The notes: generated by a model not told the origin, from the sequence alone. A stretch of 64,000 nt of DNA from an uncultured Candidatus Rokubacteria bacterium (GCA_963762145.1 CAVXJS010000009.1:32001-96000), one strand, 5' to 3'; shown: positions 1-10,148, counted from the first letter of the stretch. Translations and numbers: made by a program.

Positions 1-508
1 ACTGCGGATCCATCAGCACCACGTCCATCCGTCCCGCCTTGAGCCGGCCGATCCCGTCCCGAACCGCCGCGGCGTAGGCGTCGACGTCCCCCGCCCCGAG
101 CGCGGCGTGGCTCCCGGTCTGCCAGATGACGAGCTGGGGCCGGTGGACCAGGACGTCGCGCTCGAAGCGCCCGATCGCCTCGGAGATCATCTCTCCGCTG
201 ACGCCCTTGTTGATCACGGTGACCGTGAGGCGGGGCCAGCGCCGCCGCAGCTCCTCGGCGAGCACGGCCGGATAGGCGTGCGCCGCATCGGAGGCGCCGA
301 TCCCCTCCGTCGAGGATGAGCCGATGGCGACGATGACCAGCGCCCGCCCCTGGCGGATGGCGCGGGCGGTGTTGGGCAGCGCCACGCGGAATCGCGTCAG
401 GCTCTCCGGCGCGGTGCACGGCCGGGTCGCGTCCGCGGCCCGGGCGGACGGCGCCACGGCCAAGACGAGCGCCGTCGCCGACCAGAGCGCCAGTGAGCGC
501 CCGCTCAT
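1..508 (-). CDS. SGNH/GDSL hydrolase, secreted (runs off the window edge)
   Basis: Manual translation from ATG 508: signal peptide, IVAIGSSST (block I), VINKGVSGE, LVIWQTGS. ATGA overlap with the upstream SGNH gene. Confidence 0.85.
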   Translation of the reverse strand, partial: MSGRSLALWSATALVLAVAPSARAADATRPCTAPESLTRFRVALPNTARAIRQGRALVIVAIGSSSTEGIGASDAAHAYPAVLAEELRRRWPRLTVTVINKGVSGEMISEAIGRFERDVLVHRPQLVIWQTGSHAALGAGDVDAYAAAVRDGIGRLKAGRMDVVLMDPQ

Positions 509-1305
509 GGCCGGCGCCCGGTCCCCTCGGGCGGCTTCAGGGTGCTGCCGCCGCCCCGGGCCACGAACTCGGCCACCGCGTGGCCGATGCAATCGTAGAG
601 CCGGGCCGCGAGCTGGCGGCGCTTCTCGCTCTCCTTCGTGCTCAGGTCCAGCGTCCCGCTCTCGACCCAGTGGCGCATGAGGCCGTAGCGGTGGAAGACC
701 GGCACATCGTTGGCGTCCGCGAGCTCGCGCATCGCGGCGAGATACGGCGCGAAGTGGATCATCGGGTCGGCGTTGCGCGAGAACTGCGCGTTCATCAGCA
801 CGACCTCGATGCCGGCCGCGCGCAGCTCGTCGATCCCCCCCTGCACCGTCTCGCGGAAGTCGTCCACCCCGGTTCCGCGAACCGCCTCCATCGTGCCGGT
901 CTCCCAGATCACCAGGGTCGGCTTCAGGGGGAGAACCTCACGGAGGAACCGGTCGGCGGCATCCCGCGCGGTCTGCCGCGGCATCGCGAGGTTGACGACC
1001 TTGATCCGCGCGGCCGGAAACGCGGTCGCGAGGGCGCTGGCCAGGCGCGACGGCCAGGCGAGGCTGGGCCCACCCGCCGCGCTACCAAGGCTCGACGAGC
1101 CGCCGAGGGTGACGATGACGACCTCCGAGCCCGTGGCGAGCGCCTTCGCGGTCTTCGGGAGCGGCGCCTCGAACCCCGCGAAGCCCTCGGGGATCGGGCA
1201 CGCCGGCGCCGGACCGGCGCCTACCGGAGGCGCGAGTGACAGCGAGAGGGCCGCGGCCACGACCAGGGCGATCGCGTAGCGGAGCGCGGAGGGGGCCATC
1301 CTCAT
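505..1305 (-). CDS. SGNH/GDSL hydrolase, secreted
   Basis: C-terminal part of ORF 505..2598: signal peptide, VTLGGSSS, LVIWETGT. Paralog of the adjacent gene. Confidence 0.8.
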   Translation of the reverse strand: MRMAPSALRYAIALVVAAALSLSLAPPVGAGPAPACPIPEGFAGFEAPLPKTAKALATGSEVVIVTLGGSSSLGSAAGGPSLAWPSRLASALATAFPAARIKVVNLAMPRQTARDAADRFLREVLPLKPTLVIWETGTMEAVRGTGVDDFRETVQGGIDELRAAGIEVVLMNAQFSRNADPMIHFAPYLAAMRELADANDVPVFHRYGLMRHWVESGTLDLSTKESEKRRQLAARLYDCIGHAVAEFVARGGGSTLKPPEGTGRRP

Positions 1306-2466
1306 CACTCTCCCCCGGACATCGGCGCGCGCTCCGCGACCCGGGCGCCGGCGCCGACCTTCGCGTCGGCGAACCAGTCCATGAGCGCCGCGACCCCGGT
1401 CATGATCCCGATGCCGACCGCGGAGACCGCGAGCTGCATGAAGACGCGGCCGAACGACTCGTTGAGCACCAGGTGCCCCATCACCGCGAGCAGGATCCCG
1501 AGACAGAAGATGTGCAGCGAGTGGCGGCCGCAGATGACGAACGGCCACGCGACCCGGCCGGCCAGGAACCGCGCTCGAGGCGCGACCAGCTTCGCGACCA
1601 GCACGGCCAGCGCGAGCACGCTGACGAAGCGAAACAGGCCGAGATCCTCCTTGCTCAGGAACGGCCACAGGAGCTTGCTGCTGGCCAGCGCGGGGATCGC
1701 GTAGTACAGCCCGTGCAGCGTCCAGCTGAAGCGGATCACGAATGCGACCAGCGCGAAGCCCGCGGCCAGCCGGAACAGCCACCGGCGGTCGAGCCAGGGC
1801 AGCCCATCGCGGGTTCCTCGCCACCCGAGCCACGCTCCCGAGGAAGAACAGCGCCTGCCAGCCGAACGGATTGAAGGCCCAGACCCGGTCCGGACCGGGA
1901 TAGGCCGAGAGCGCGATCCGCGAGTCGATCTGGACCGCCAGCCACAACCCGAGCGAGGCGGTGAGCACGACCCACGGCCAGAACCGGAACCCGGCCAGCG
2001 CGAAGGGGAGGGCGGCCAGCAGCACGATGTAGAGCGGGAGGATGTCCATGTAGGCCGGCTGGAACTGCAGGGTCAGCGCCTTGACCACCGCCACGCCCGG
2101 ATCCTTCAGGAAGTCGGCGGCCTGGGACTCCTCGGCGTAGAGCGAGATGTTCAGGGCTTCGACCGTGTACGCCATCATCGCCATGAACACCATGAACAGG
2201 AACACGTGCGCGACGTAGAGCTGCCACAACCGCTGGCCGACGCGCAGCGCCGCGATCAGGAAGCCCTGCCGCTCCATGGCGCGCCCGTACACCATGCCCG
2301 CGGTGTACCCGGAGATGAGGATGAACACCTCCGCCGCGTCGCCGAACATCACGGACTGGAGCGTGAACTGGGAAACCAAGTTGTCCGGGAGATGATCGAC
2401 GAAGATGCAGAAGAGAGCGAGGCCGCGGAAGAAGTCGAGCCGCAGGTCGCGTCCCGCTTCCGTCAA
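1305..2466 (-). CDS. OpgC family (osmoregulated periplasmic glucan succinyl/acyl-transferase), frameshift near 1830
   Basis: RDLRLDFFRGLAL, DAAEVF, DILPLY, FNPFGWQ, then GRHSLHIF in another frame. TTG start with GGGAGG RBS. Confidence 0.85.
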
Positions 2467-2600
2467 GGAGCCCCTCCCACCCGGCGGATCGCCAACCTGC
2501 AGTCCACGATGTGCATTCCGATCGTACAGACCTCCGCGTCGCTGCGTCAAGCGCCGGCCGCCGGGGCCTTCCCAGGCGTGCCATACTGCAGAGCACACCG

Positions 2601-3662
2601 ATGCCCATCCCGACCGAGCCCATCGGCAGCATTCCGAGAACGCCCGAGCTCCTCCAGGCCCTCACCGCGAAGGACTGCGACGACCCCGGCCTGGCCGCCC
2701 TGTACGATCAGGCGGTTCGCGACACCGTCGCCCGGTTCGAAGCGGTCGGCTCCCCGGTCGTCACGGACGGCGAGCAGCGCAAGTATCACAACTTCTGGAC
2801 CTACCCGGTGCACGGGCTTGCCAACACCGCGCCCGACGGCTTCGTGATCCCGTTCGCGGCTGGCCACACCCGCCGCATGCTGCGCCTGACCGCCGGTCCG
2901 TTCCGGTACAAACGCTACGCGGACGGGTTCCTGGAGCACGCGCAGCGGTTCGCGACGGTGCCGGTGAAGCAGGCGATCATCTCTCCGTCCGCGCTCAGCC
3001 TGATGTATCCCGCCGAGGGAATCCCGGGCTACTCTCGCGAGCGATTCATCGAGGACCTGCTGAACGAGCACGAGACCGAGATTCGCCGCTGCCTCGACAA
3101 GGGCGCGGCCAAGGTCCAGATCGACTTCACCGAGGGGCGGCTCGCGATGAAGCTCGATCCGAGCGGCAACCTGCTCAACAGCTTCATCGACCTGAACAAC
3201 CTGGGGCTGGCGCGATTCTCCGCGCCGGAGCGCGCGCGCATCGGGGTGCATACCTGCCCGGGAGGCGATCGCGATTCGACCCACAGCGCCGAGGTGGACT
3301 ACGGAGAGATGCTCCCGAGCCTGTTCGAGCTGAAGGCGGGGAACTTCTACGTCGCGCTCGCGGGCGAGCCGGACCGCCGGCGCGTCCTGAAGATCATCCG
3401 GCAGTACCGGAAGCCGGAGCAGCGGGTCTTCGTCGGAGTGACCGCGCCGATCGACCCGCGGGTGGAGACGCCGGAGGAGGTGCGGGACTCGATCCTCGAA
3501 GCGGCCAGCTACATTCCGCTCGATCGGCTCGGGACCACCGACGACTGTGGGTTCTCGCCGTTCAGCGACGACACCTCGACGAGCCGCGACACCGCCTTCG
3601 AGAAGATCCGCGCGCGCGTGCTCGGGACCGCGCAGGCCGCCGAGTTCCTGGGAGCCGCCTGA
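2601..3662 (+). CDS. Cobalamin-independent methionine synthase II-like protein (catalytic barrel only)
   Basis: IPTEPIGSIPR, VTDGEQRK, Zn ligands GVHTCPGG and TTDDCGFSPF. Confidence 0.85.
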   Translation: MPIPTEPIGSIPRTPELLQALTAKDCDDPGLAALYDQAVRDTVARFEAVGSPVVTDGEQRKYHNFWTYPVHGLANTAPDGFVIPFAAGHTRRMLRLTAGPFRYKRYADGFLEHAQRFATVPVKQAIISPSALSLMYPAEGIPGYSRERFIEDLLNEHETEIRRCLDKGAAKVQIDFTEGRLAMKLDPSGNLLNSFIDLNNLGLARFSAPERARIGVHTCPGGDRDSTHSAEVDYGEMLPSLFELKAGNFYVALAGEPDRRRVLKIIRQYRKPEQRVFVGVTAPIDPRVETPEEVRDSILEAASYIPLDRLGTTDDCGFSPFSDDTSTSRDTAFEKIRARVLGTAQAAEFLGAA

Positions 3663-5401
3663 TGGCGGAGCCGGACGAGACCCTCAGCGAAGAGCAGCTC
3701 CTCCGGTCGGTCGCCATGCAGAATGCCCAGAGCATCCTGCTGGCGCGCCGGCGGGCCGAGCAGGAGCTGCTGAGCGCCAAGGAAGCGCTCGAGCTCAGCA
3801 CGCAGGAGCTCGCCCGCTCGCTGGCCCTGATGGGCGCGACCCTGCAGGCGACCTGGGACGGGATCCTGGTGACGGACGAGGCCGGCCGCCCCACCGCCTT
3901 CAACGAGCCGTTCGCCGAGATGTGGCGCCTGCCCCAGGACATCGCCGGCGCGATGGATCGGCTCCAGGCCCACGTGGCGGATCAGATCGCGGACCGGCAG
4001 GCCTATCTCGATCGTATCGCCCACATCCAGGCCACCGCACCGTCGGACAGCCACGACACGCTGGAGCTCGCGGACGGGCGGGTGTTCGAGGGGTTCTCCC
4101 GGACCCAGACCGTGGGCGGCCGCCCCGTCGGACGGGTGTGGACGTTCCGGGACATCACCGAGCACCGGCGGGCCGCCGAGGAGCGCCGCCATCTCCTGGA
4201 AGGCGAGCAGTTCGCCCGCGGCGAGGCGGAGCGCGCCAACTCGATGAAGGACGCGTTCCTGGCCACCGTGTCGCACGAGCTCCGGACCCCGCTCAACGCG
4301 ATTCTCGGCTGGGCGCACCTGCTCCGGACCGGCTCGATGAGCGAGGCGCAGATCCACCGCGGGATCGAGGTCATCGAGCGAAACGCGCGGGCTCAAAGCC
4401 AGCTCATCGAGGACCTCCTCGACATGAGCCGCATCGTCTCCGGCAAGATGCGGCTCGACATCCAATCGGTCGATCCGGGCGCGTTCATCGAGGCGGCGAT
4501 CGAGACGGTGCGGCCGGCCGCGGAGGCCAAGGGCGTCCGGCTCAGCACCCTGCTGGATCCGGGGGCCGGCCCGGTCAACGGCGATCCGAGCCGGCTGCAG
4601 CAGGTGGTCTCGAATCTGCTCTCCAACGCCATCAAGTTCACCGCGCGGGACGGCCGGATCCAGGTGGTGCTGGAGCGCGTGAACTCGCACATCGAGATCG
4701 CGGTGGCCGACACCGGGGTCGGGATCAAGCCCGAGTTCCTCCCCCACGTGTTCGACCGCTTCCGGCAAGACACGGCCGCCCCGGCGCGCTCCGCCACCGG
4801 TCTGGGGCTGGGGCTCTCGATCGTGAAGCACCTGGTCGAGCTGCACGGCGGCTCGGTGCGCGCGATCAGCGCCGGCGAGGGGCACGGCGCGACCTTCACG
4901 GTGTGCCTCCCGCTGACGGCGGTGCAACGGGACGGCGAGCCCGGCCGCCGACTGCACCCCCGGGGCATGCCGGGGAGCGCGCCGCTCTTCCGGCCGCCCG
5001 ACCTGTCCGGCATCAAGGTTCTCGTGGTCGACGATCAGCCGGATGCCCGAGACATGATCAGGCGCGTGCTGGAGGACTGCGAGGCCGACGTGACGACCGC
5101 CGCCTCGGCCGCGGAGGCCGTCCACGCGGTGGAGGCGGGACGGCCCGACGTGCTCGTGAGCGACATCGGCATGCCGGACGTGGACGGCTACGAGCTGCTG
5201 CGACGCATCCGGGCCCTCGGCTCGCCCTCCGGAGGCCACCTGCCCGCCATCGCGCTCACCGCCTTCGCGCGCTCCGAGGACCGGACCCGCGCGCTGCGGG
5301 CCGGCTTCCTGGCCCACGTGGCGAAGCCGGTGGAGCCCTCCGAGCTGCTGGCCACGGTCGCCAGCATGGTGGGCCGCGCCGGCGAGCGGCTCGCCGACTA
5401 G
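3662..5401 (+). CDS. Hybrid sensor histidine kinase (PAS-HisKA-HATPase-REC)
   Basis: SHELRTPLNAI, NLLSNAIKFT, DTGVGI, GLGLGL, REC VLVVDD...SDIGMP. TGATG overlap with the upstream gene. Confidence 0.93.
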   Translation: MAEPDETLSEEQLLRSVAMQNAQSILLARRRAEQELLSAKEALELSTQELARSLALMGATLQATWDGILVTDEAGRPTAFNEPFAEMWRLPQDIAGAMDRLQAHVADQIADRQAYLDRIAHIQATAPSDSHDTLELADGRVFEGFSRTQTVGGRPVGRVWTFRDITEHRRAAEERRHLLEGEQFARGEAERANSMKDAFLATVSHELRTPLNAILGWAHLLRTGSMSEAQIHRGIEVIERNARAQSQLIEDLLDMSRIVSGKMRLDIQSVDPGAFIEAAIETVRPAAEAKGVRLSTLLDPGAGPVNGDPSRLQQVVSNLLSNAIKFTARDGRIQVVLERVNSHIEIAVADTGVGIKPEFLPHVFDRFRQDTAAPARSATGLGLGLSIVKHLVELHGGSVRAISAGEGHGATFTVCLPLTAVQRDGEPGRRLHPRGMPGSAPLFRPPDLSGIKVLVVDDQPDARDMIRRVLEDCEADVTTAASAAEAVHAVEAGRPDVLVSDIGMPDVDGYELLRRIRALGSPSGGHLPAIALTAFARSEDRTRALRAGFLAHVAKPVEPSELLATVASMVGRAGERLAD

Positions 5402-5778
5402 GCCTGGGCGTGTCGGCGCACGACCCCGCACAGCATCATCGGGTCGAGCGGCTTCTCCAGTAGCTCCACGAATCCTTCGGCCAGCAGCTCCTCCCGCCGG
5501 CCCTGGAACGCGGTGATCGCGATGGCCGGAATGTGGAGGCCCTTCGTTGCCGCGACCGTCCTCACTTCCCGGATCAACTCGAGGCCGTCGTCGGGCATCG
5601 CGATGTCGGTGACCAGCACGTGCGGGCGAAGGGTCTCGAGGATGCGCTTGGCCTTCTCGGCGGATTCGGCGGCGGTGACCAGCGCGCCGCAGTATTCGAG
5701 GACCATCCGGAGGACCTCGCGCGAGTCGTCGGTGTCCTCGACGATGAGTACGTGCACGCCGGTCAGATCCCCGTCCAT
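5398..5778 (-). CDS. Single-domain response regulator
   Basis: VLIVEDTDD...VTDIAMP...AITA...EKP. GGGG RBS before ATG 5778. Confidence 0.88.
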   Translation of the reverse strand: MDGDLTGVHVLIVEDTDDSREVLRMVLEYCGALVTAAESAEKAKRILETLRPHVLVTDIAMPDDGLELIREVRTVAATKGLHIPAIAITAFQGRREELLAEGFVELLEKPLDPMMLCGVVRRHAQA

Positions 5779-5927
5779 CGCGTTGCCCCCCTGGGTCCTC
5801 CGCGATACCAGCCTACACCGCGACCGGAGCGGGCTCAACCCGAGTCGCCGCTTCCCGACCTGGAAAAGATTACCGGACCGACACGAAGGGCGTCGGCCCA
5901 AGAGCGCGTGGCATGGGAGCGCCCCGG

Positions 5928-5942
5928 TGGCACTCGCCGTGC
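5928..5942 (+). promoter_or_regulatory. sigma54 -24/-12-like promoter
   Basis: TGGCAC-TCGCC-GTGC, 27 bp upstream of a small lipoprotein gene. Confidence 0.5.
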
Positions 5943-5968
5943 ACGACAGCCATCCGAGGAGAACACCC

Positions 5969-6112
5969 ATGAGGCTCGTGATGGTCTGTGCGGTAGCGGC
6001 CATGCTCCTGGCCGGATGCGCGAAGAGAGATATGGACGAGTGCCGGAAGGGCGACCGGAGCCGCTGTCCGGGCGAGGCATCTCGCTCCATCGAGGTGTCA
6101 CGGCGGTCGTAG
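5969..6112 (+). CDS. 47-aa lipoprotein
   Basis: GAGGAG RBS, lipobox LAGC, two further Cys. Confidence 0.6.
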   Translation: MRLVMVCAVAAMLLAGCAKRDMDECRKGDRSRCPGEASRSIEVSRRS

Positions 6113-6207
6113 CCGGAACGCTCCTTGCGGAAGGGCTCCGTCGGAGGGAGGATGCTGGGCGTGCTGGCGACCGGCTGCGCGAACCCTCAACGAGGGAGGA
6201 GATCGCC

Positions 6208-6948
6208 ATGACCACCCGCAGGGACGCGCACTGCGCGGTCCCCGAGGCGCTGGCCCTGATGAACCTGAAGCTCGGCCCGCCGGGGACGGCTCTGCCTCCA
6301 CTGCTCCACATGGCCACGCAGGCCTCCGATCGCCTGCGCGCAATGGACGAGCAGGGCATCGACGGGCTTCGGGGCGCCGGCATCGGCGGCAGCGTCAACG
6401 GGGAGGAGATCAGCGATCCGAAGTTCCACCCGTTCTGGGCCAAGGCCGAGCAGCTCGGCGTGCTGGTCTTCATCCATCCGCAGGGCGGGGGCGCTCCGGC
6501 GGAGCTGGCCAAGCGGTTCAAGGGCAATGGCTATCTCGACAACGTGATCGGCAATCCGCTCGAGACCACCATCGCGCTCTCCCACCTCATCTTCGAGGGC
6601 ACGCTCGACCGGTTCCCCGGTCTCAAGATCTGCGCCGCGCACGCCGGCGGGTACCTGCCCTCGTACCTCGGGCGCTCCGATCGCGGATGCCCGACTCGCC
6701 CCTCCGCCTGCCCGGGCGGCACCTACGGGCCGATCAAGCGGAAGCCGTCCGAGTACCTGAAGGGCGAGGGGGTGCGGCACCTCGCCGCCGAGGTGGGCGC
6801 AGGCCAGTTGATGGTCGGCACCGACTTTCCGTATCCGTGGACGACGACGGCGGTGGACGACATCCTGGCCGCGCCGGGCGTGAGCGACGCCGACAAGGTG
6901 GCCATGCTGGGCGGCAACGCGATGAAGCTGCTCGGGATCGGGGCCTAG
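6208..6948 (+). pseudogene. Amidohydrolase_2 family with several in-frame internal deletions
   Basis: Relative to the adjacent paralog it lacks ~65 aa after EQGID, ~10 aa after EYLK, and the first His of the HxH motif. Confidence 0.75.
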
Positions 6949-6950
6949 CC

Positions 6951-7971
6951 GTGGCCGACGCGGCGTTCGTCTCCTGCGGCGGGGCCGCGCGCGCCGCAAG
7001 GCGCGGCGGCGAGAGGTGGTGGTGAGCGGCAAGCGCGTGAAGACGGTGGACGTGCACGCGCACTGCGCGGTGCCCGCGGCGATGGCGCTGGTGGGGCGAG
7101 CGCTCGAGACGGAGGCCCTCCTCATGTCCGAGCACGGCGGACCGCATCCGCGCGATGGACGAGCAGGGCATCGACGTCGAGGCGCTCAGCATCAACCCCT
7201 ACTGGTACGCGGCGGACCGGGACGTCGCGGCGAAGCTGATCCAGCTCCAGAACGAGACGCTCGCCGAGATCTGCGCGGCCCAGCCCGACCGGTTCGTCGC
7301 GTTCGCGACGCGTGGCGCTGCAGCATCCGGATCTCGCCGCCGAGCAGCTCGAGCAGGGCGTCAAGAGATACGGCCTGCGCGGCGCCGGCCTCGGCGGCAG
7401 CGTCGACGGCCTCGAGCTGAGCGACCCGAAGTTTCATCCGTTCTGGGCCAAGGCCGAGCAGCTCGGCGTCCTCGTGTTCATCCACCCGCAGGGCACGGCC
7501 GAGCTGGAGCGGACGGGCCGGCTCGGGGGCAACGGGCTGCTCACCAACACCATCGGCAATCCGCTCGAGACGACGATCGCGCTGTCGCACCTCATCTTCG
7601 AGGGCACCCTCGACCGCTTCCCCGGCCTCAAGATCTGCGCCGCCCACGGCGGCGGCTACCTGCCCTCGTACGCCGCGCGCTCCAACGCGGTGCAGACGAC
7701 CTTCCCCCACCGCATGACCGGGACGCTCAAGAAGAAGCCGACGGAGTACCTGCGCCAGCTCTACTTCGACTCGATCGTCTTCACGCCCGAGGCGCTGCGC
7801 CACCTCGCCGCGGAGACGGGCCCGGGCCAGATCGTCATGGGCACCGACTATCCGTTCCCGTGGACGAGCACGTCGGTGGACCACATCCTGAGCACGCCGG
7901 GCCTGAGCGACGCCGACAAGGTCGCGATGCTGGGCGGCACCGCGCAGGCGCTGCTGGGGATCAAGAGCTAG
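6951..7971 (+). CDS. Amidohydrolase_2 family (decarboxylase-like), frameshifted
   Basis: VDVHAH, FIHP, AAHGGG and GTDYP motifs spread over several frames. Confidence 0.8.
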
Positions 7972-7982
7972 CAGTCGAGCCG

Positions 7983-8135
7983 TCAGGTCCCCCGGAGCTT
8001 GTTCTTCTGCCGCGCCGTGGTCCGCCGGCTCACGAGACCCCGGGGTGTCTCCTGCGCTCGCTTCGTCGCGGCCACGCTGCGCTGGGCGGTCCGCTTCCGT
8101 TTCGTCGCCTTCTGGGTGGGATCCGGCTTCCTCAT
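7983..8135 (-). CDS. 50-aa Lys/Arg-rich protein
   Basis: CAGGAGGA RBS. MRKPDPTQKATKRKRTAQRS... Confidence 0.55.
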   Translation of the reverse strand: MRKPDPTQKATKRKRTAQRSVAATKRAQETPRGLVSRRTTARQKNKLRGT

Positions 8136-8148
8136 CACGTCCTCCTGG

Positions 8149-8415
8149 TCAGGCGTGGGCCGGCGGAGGCTGGATCCGCCTCGTCTCCTCACGCCACATC
8201 TGGAAGCAATCCACGTGAACCAGCACGTACGCTCCCCTGTCGCTCTGGACCTGGTACTCGTTGCTCTCGTTCCGGATCGGTGTCCCGCACACGTCACACG
8301 GCCGTCCGGTCCCGCGGCGGACCGTCGAGCCGCCGTACGCCCGGAACAAGCGGCCGTCCGCCAGGCGCTCGCGGATGCTCTGCCGCAGCTCCTCGTGGGT
8401 AGCGTCCGGACTCAT
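8149..8415 (-). CDS. CxxC..HxxC putative zinc-finger microprotein (copy 1)
   Basis: LRQSIRERLADGRL...GTGRPCDVC-x23-HVDCFQMW. Homologous to other ORFs in the window. Confidence 0.8.
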   Translation of the reverse strand: MSPDATHEELRQSIRERLADGRLFRAYGGSTVRRGTGRPCDVCGTPIRNESNEYQVQSDRGAYVLVHVDCFQMWREETRRIQPPPAHA

Positions 8416-8428
8416 GGGATGATCAAAG

Positions 8429-8443
8429 GCAAACTCCGTGCCG
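8429..8443 (-). promoter_or_regulatory. sigma54 -24/-12-like promoter
   Basis: CGGCAC-GGAGT-TTGC on the minus strand directly upstream of ATG 8415. Confidence 0.5.
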
Positions 8444-8546
8444 TGGCCTTCGTGCGCTCGTCGCTCACGGACGGCCCGGGAATCGAGCGACGCGTGGCCC
8501 CGGCAACCAATTGGCCACCTCCCGGTAAGAAGCTGTTACCGGGTAA

Positions 8547-8918
8547 CTACCGCTCATTCAATAGCACGCTCACCACGCGCCGGACGACGTCCAGGCTGAA
8601 CGGCTTCTCCAGCATCGGCTCGGTGGTTCCGCGGAGGAAGTCCGCATAGTCCCCCCCTCCGACGTTGCCGGTCATGAAGATCACCCGCGGTATCGGAGAG
8701 GTGGGGCGCATGGCGCGGAGCGCGTCGTACAGGGCGGGGCCGTCGAGGCCCGGCATCCGGAGGTCGCTGAGGATGAGGTCGTAGTGGTTCTGGCTGAGCA
8801 GCTCCACGGCTTCGATCCCGTTCCGGGCCGTATCCACCGCGCGCCCGGGCTGGCTCAGGACGGTCGAGAGCAGCTCCCGAAGATTGTCGTCGTCATCAAC
8901 GACCAAGATGCGCTTCAT
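8547..8918 (-). CDS. Single-domain response regulator
   Basis: ILVVDDDD...LSDLRMP...FMTG...EKPF. Confidence 0.92.
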   Translation of the reverse strand: MKRILVVDDDDNLRELLSTVLSQPGRAVDTARNGIEAVELLSQNHYDLILSDLRMPGLDGPALYDALRAMRPTSPIPRVIFMTGNVGGGDYADFLRGTTEPMLEKPFSLDVVRRVVSVLLNER

Positions 8919-8927
8919 GTCATTCGG

Positions 8928-9185
8928 TCAGGCCTTGTTGCGCTCGAACTCCCACGCCGCGAAGCAGCGGAGATGAACGTGGAACTTGTCGAGCCCGGGC
9001 GCGCCGCCATCGTGCGCAAACTGAATCTCGAACTCGAGCTCGTCCTTGGTCACGGGACGGCCCCAGACGCTGCACTCAGCCCCGACACCGGGACCGCCCC
9101 ACGTGCGGTCGGGGGCGCGGGCCGGCATCTTGCCGCTCTTGATGGCGGCGCGGGCCTGCTCCCGCAGACGAGTTTCATCCGGCAT
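8928..9185 (-). CDS. Zinc-finger microprotein (copy 2; second Cys is Trp)
   Basis: WGGPGVGAECSVW-x29-HLRCFAAW. The TGG codon is one base from TGC/TGT. Confidence 0.8.
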   Translation of the reverse strand: MPDETRLREQARAAIKSGKMPARAPDRTWGGPGVGAECSVWGRPVTKDELEFEIQFAHDGGAPGLDKFHVHLRCFAAWEFERNKA

Positions 9186-9289
9186 GGCTGGCTTCCTTTG
9201 GGGGCTTTGCCTTCGGAACAGGAGCGGAGCCAGATGCCAAGGGGATGGACGCCCGCTGCGTCAACCATTGAGCCCGCTGGAAGGCGACC

Positions 9290-9736
9290 TCAGCCTACCA
9301 CGGACTCTTGCCCAGGAGGGCATGGGTCGGGACCCGGCCGAGAAGGGGAATGGCTCCCTCCGCCAACCCGGCGCATCACGTCGTGGATGGCGGGCAGCAG
9401 GGCGCTGCTGATGACGTGCTTGTGGACGAACGCGTCGGCCCCGCTCTCCGAGGCCCTGACCCGGTAGGCGTCCTCGGTAAACGAGCTCATGAGGATGATT
9501 CGCGTTCGCGGCAGCTCTCGGCGGAGGCATTTCGTGAGCTCGATCCCGTTGAGCCCTGGCATCACCAGGTCCGTGATCACGATGTCAGGCCGCTCTCGGC
9601 GGATCACCGCCAGCGCCTCCTCGCCATCGGTCCCCTCCCCGACGACCCGCACGGTGTCGGCCAGTGGCTCGAGCAACGTGCGGACGACCAATCGGTAGTC
9701 TGCCGAATCGTCGGCCACGACAATGGTCCAGGCCAC
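9290..9736 (-). CDS. Single-domain response regulator (NarL-like REC, no output domain)
   Basis: IVVADDS...ITDLVMP...LMSS...FVHK. GTG start with G-rich RBS. Confidence 0.88.
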   Translation of the reverse strand: MAWTIVVADDSADYRLVVRTLLEPLADTVRVVGEGTDGEEALAVIRRERPDIVITDLVMPGLNGIELTKCLRRELPRTRIILMSSFTEDAYRVRASESGADAFVHKHVISSALLPAIHDVMRRVGGGSHSPSRPGPDPCPPGQESVVG

Positions 9737-9772
9737 GAGTGCCCCCCTGGATAGCGATCCTGCGCGGACGGT

Positions 9773-9787
9773 GCATGCAATGTGCCG
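9773..9787 (-). promoter_or_regulatory. sigma54 -24/-12-like promoter
   Basis: CGGCAC-ATTGC-ATGC on the minus strand upstream of the REC gene. Confidence 0.4.
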
Positions 9788-9889
9788 CATAGGATTGGTC
9801 GCGGCTGCCGCGCGTTTCCCAGGAGTCCGGGGACCAAGTACGAAGATGCTACCTCCTCCGATCGCCGGGAGGGAAGGAAGTACCGAGAG

Positions 9890-10138
9890 TCAGGGCCGTC
9901 CGCAAGAGGGCCACATCTCGGCCCAGACGTCGTAGCATCGGCGATGGAAGGGCAGGGTCCCGCCCCCCGGCAGGTCGCATTCGACCTCGACATCGTGGGC
10001 CTCGATGGGTTCGTCACATGCGGAGCAGGTGGCGCCGCGCCCCGGCCCGAACCACGTCATCCGGCAGTGTTCCTTCGGCAGTTGGCCGGCCAGGATCTTT
10101 CCCCGGATCTGCTCCGTCAGCCTTTGTGCCTCTGTCAT
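9890..10138 (-). CDS. Zinc-finger microprotein (copy 3)
   Basis: CRMTWFGPGRGATCSAC-x23-HRRCYDVW. GAGGAG RBS. Confidence 0.85.
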   Translation of the reverse strand: MTEAQRLTEQIRGKILAGQLPKEHCRMTWFGPGRGATCSACDEPIEAHDVEVECDLPGGGTLPFHRRCYDVWAEMWPSCGRP

Positions 10139-10148
10139 GGTGCGCTCC

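Noticed and set aside
505-2598. OpgC-SGNH fusion protein (697 aa)
   Set aside because: Created by a frameshift near 1830; the SGNH gene has its own signal peptide and start.
2405-5401. 998-aa kinase with long N-terminal extension
   Set aside because: The first ~420 codons overlap the MetE-like gene out of frame; the real start is 3662.
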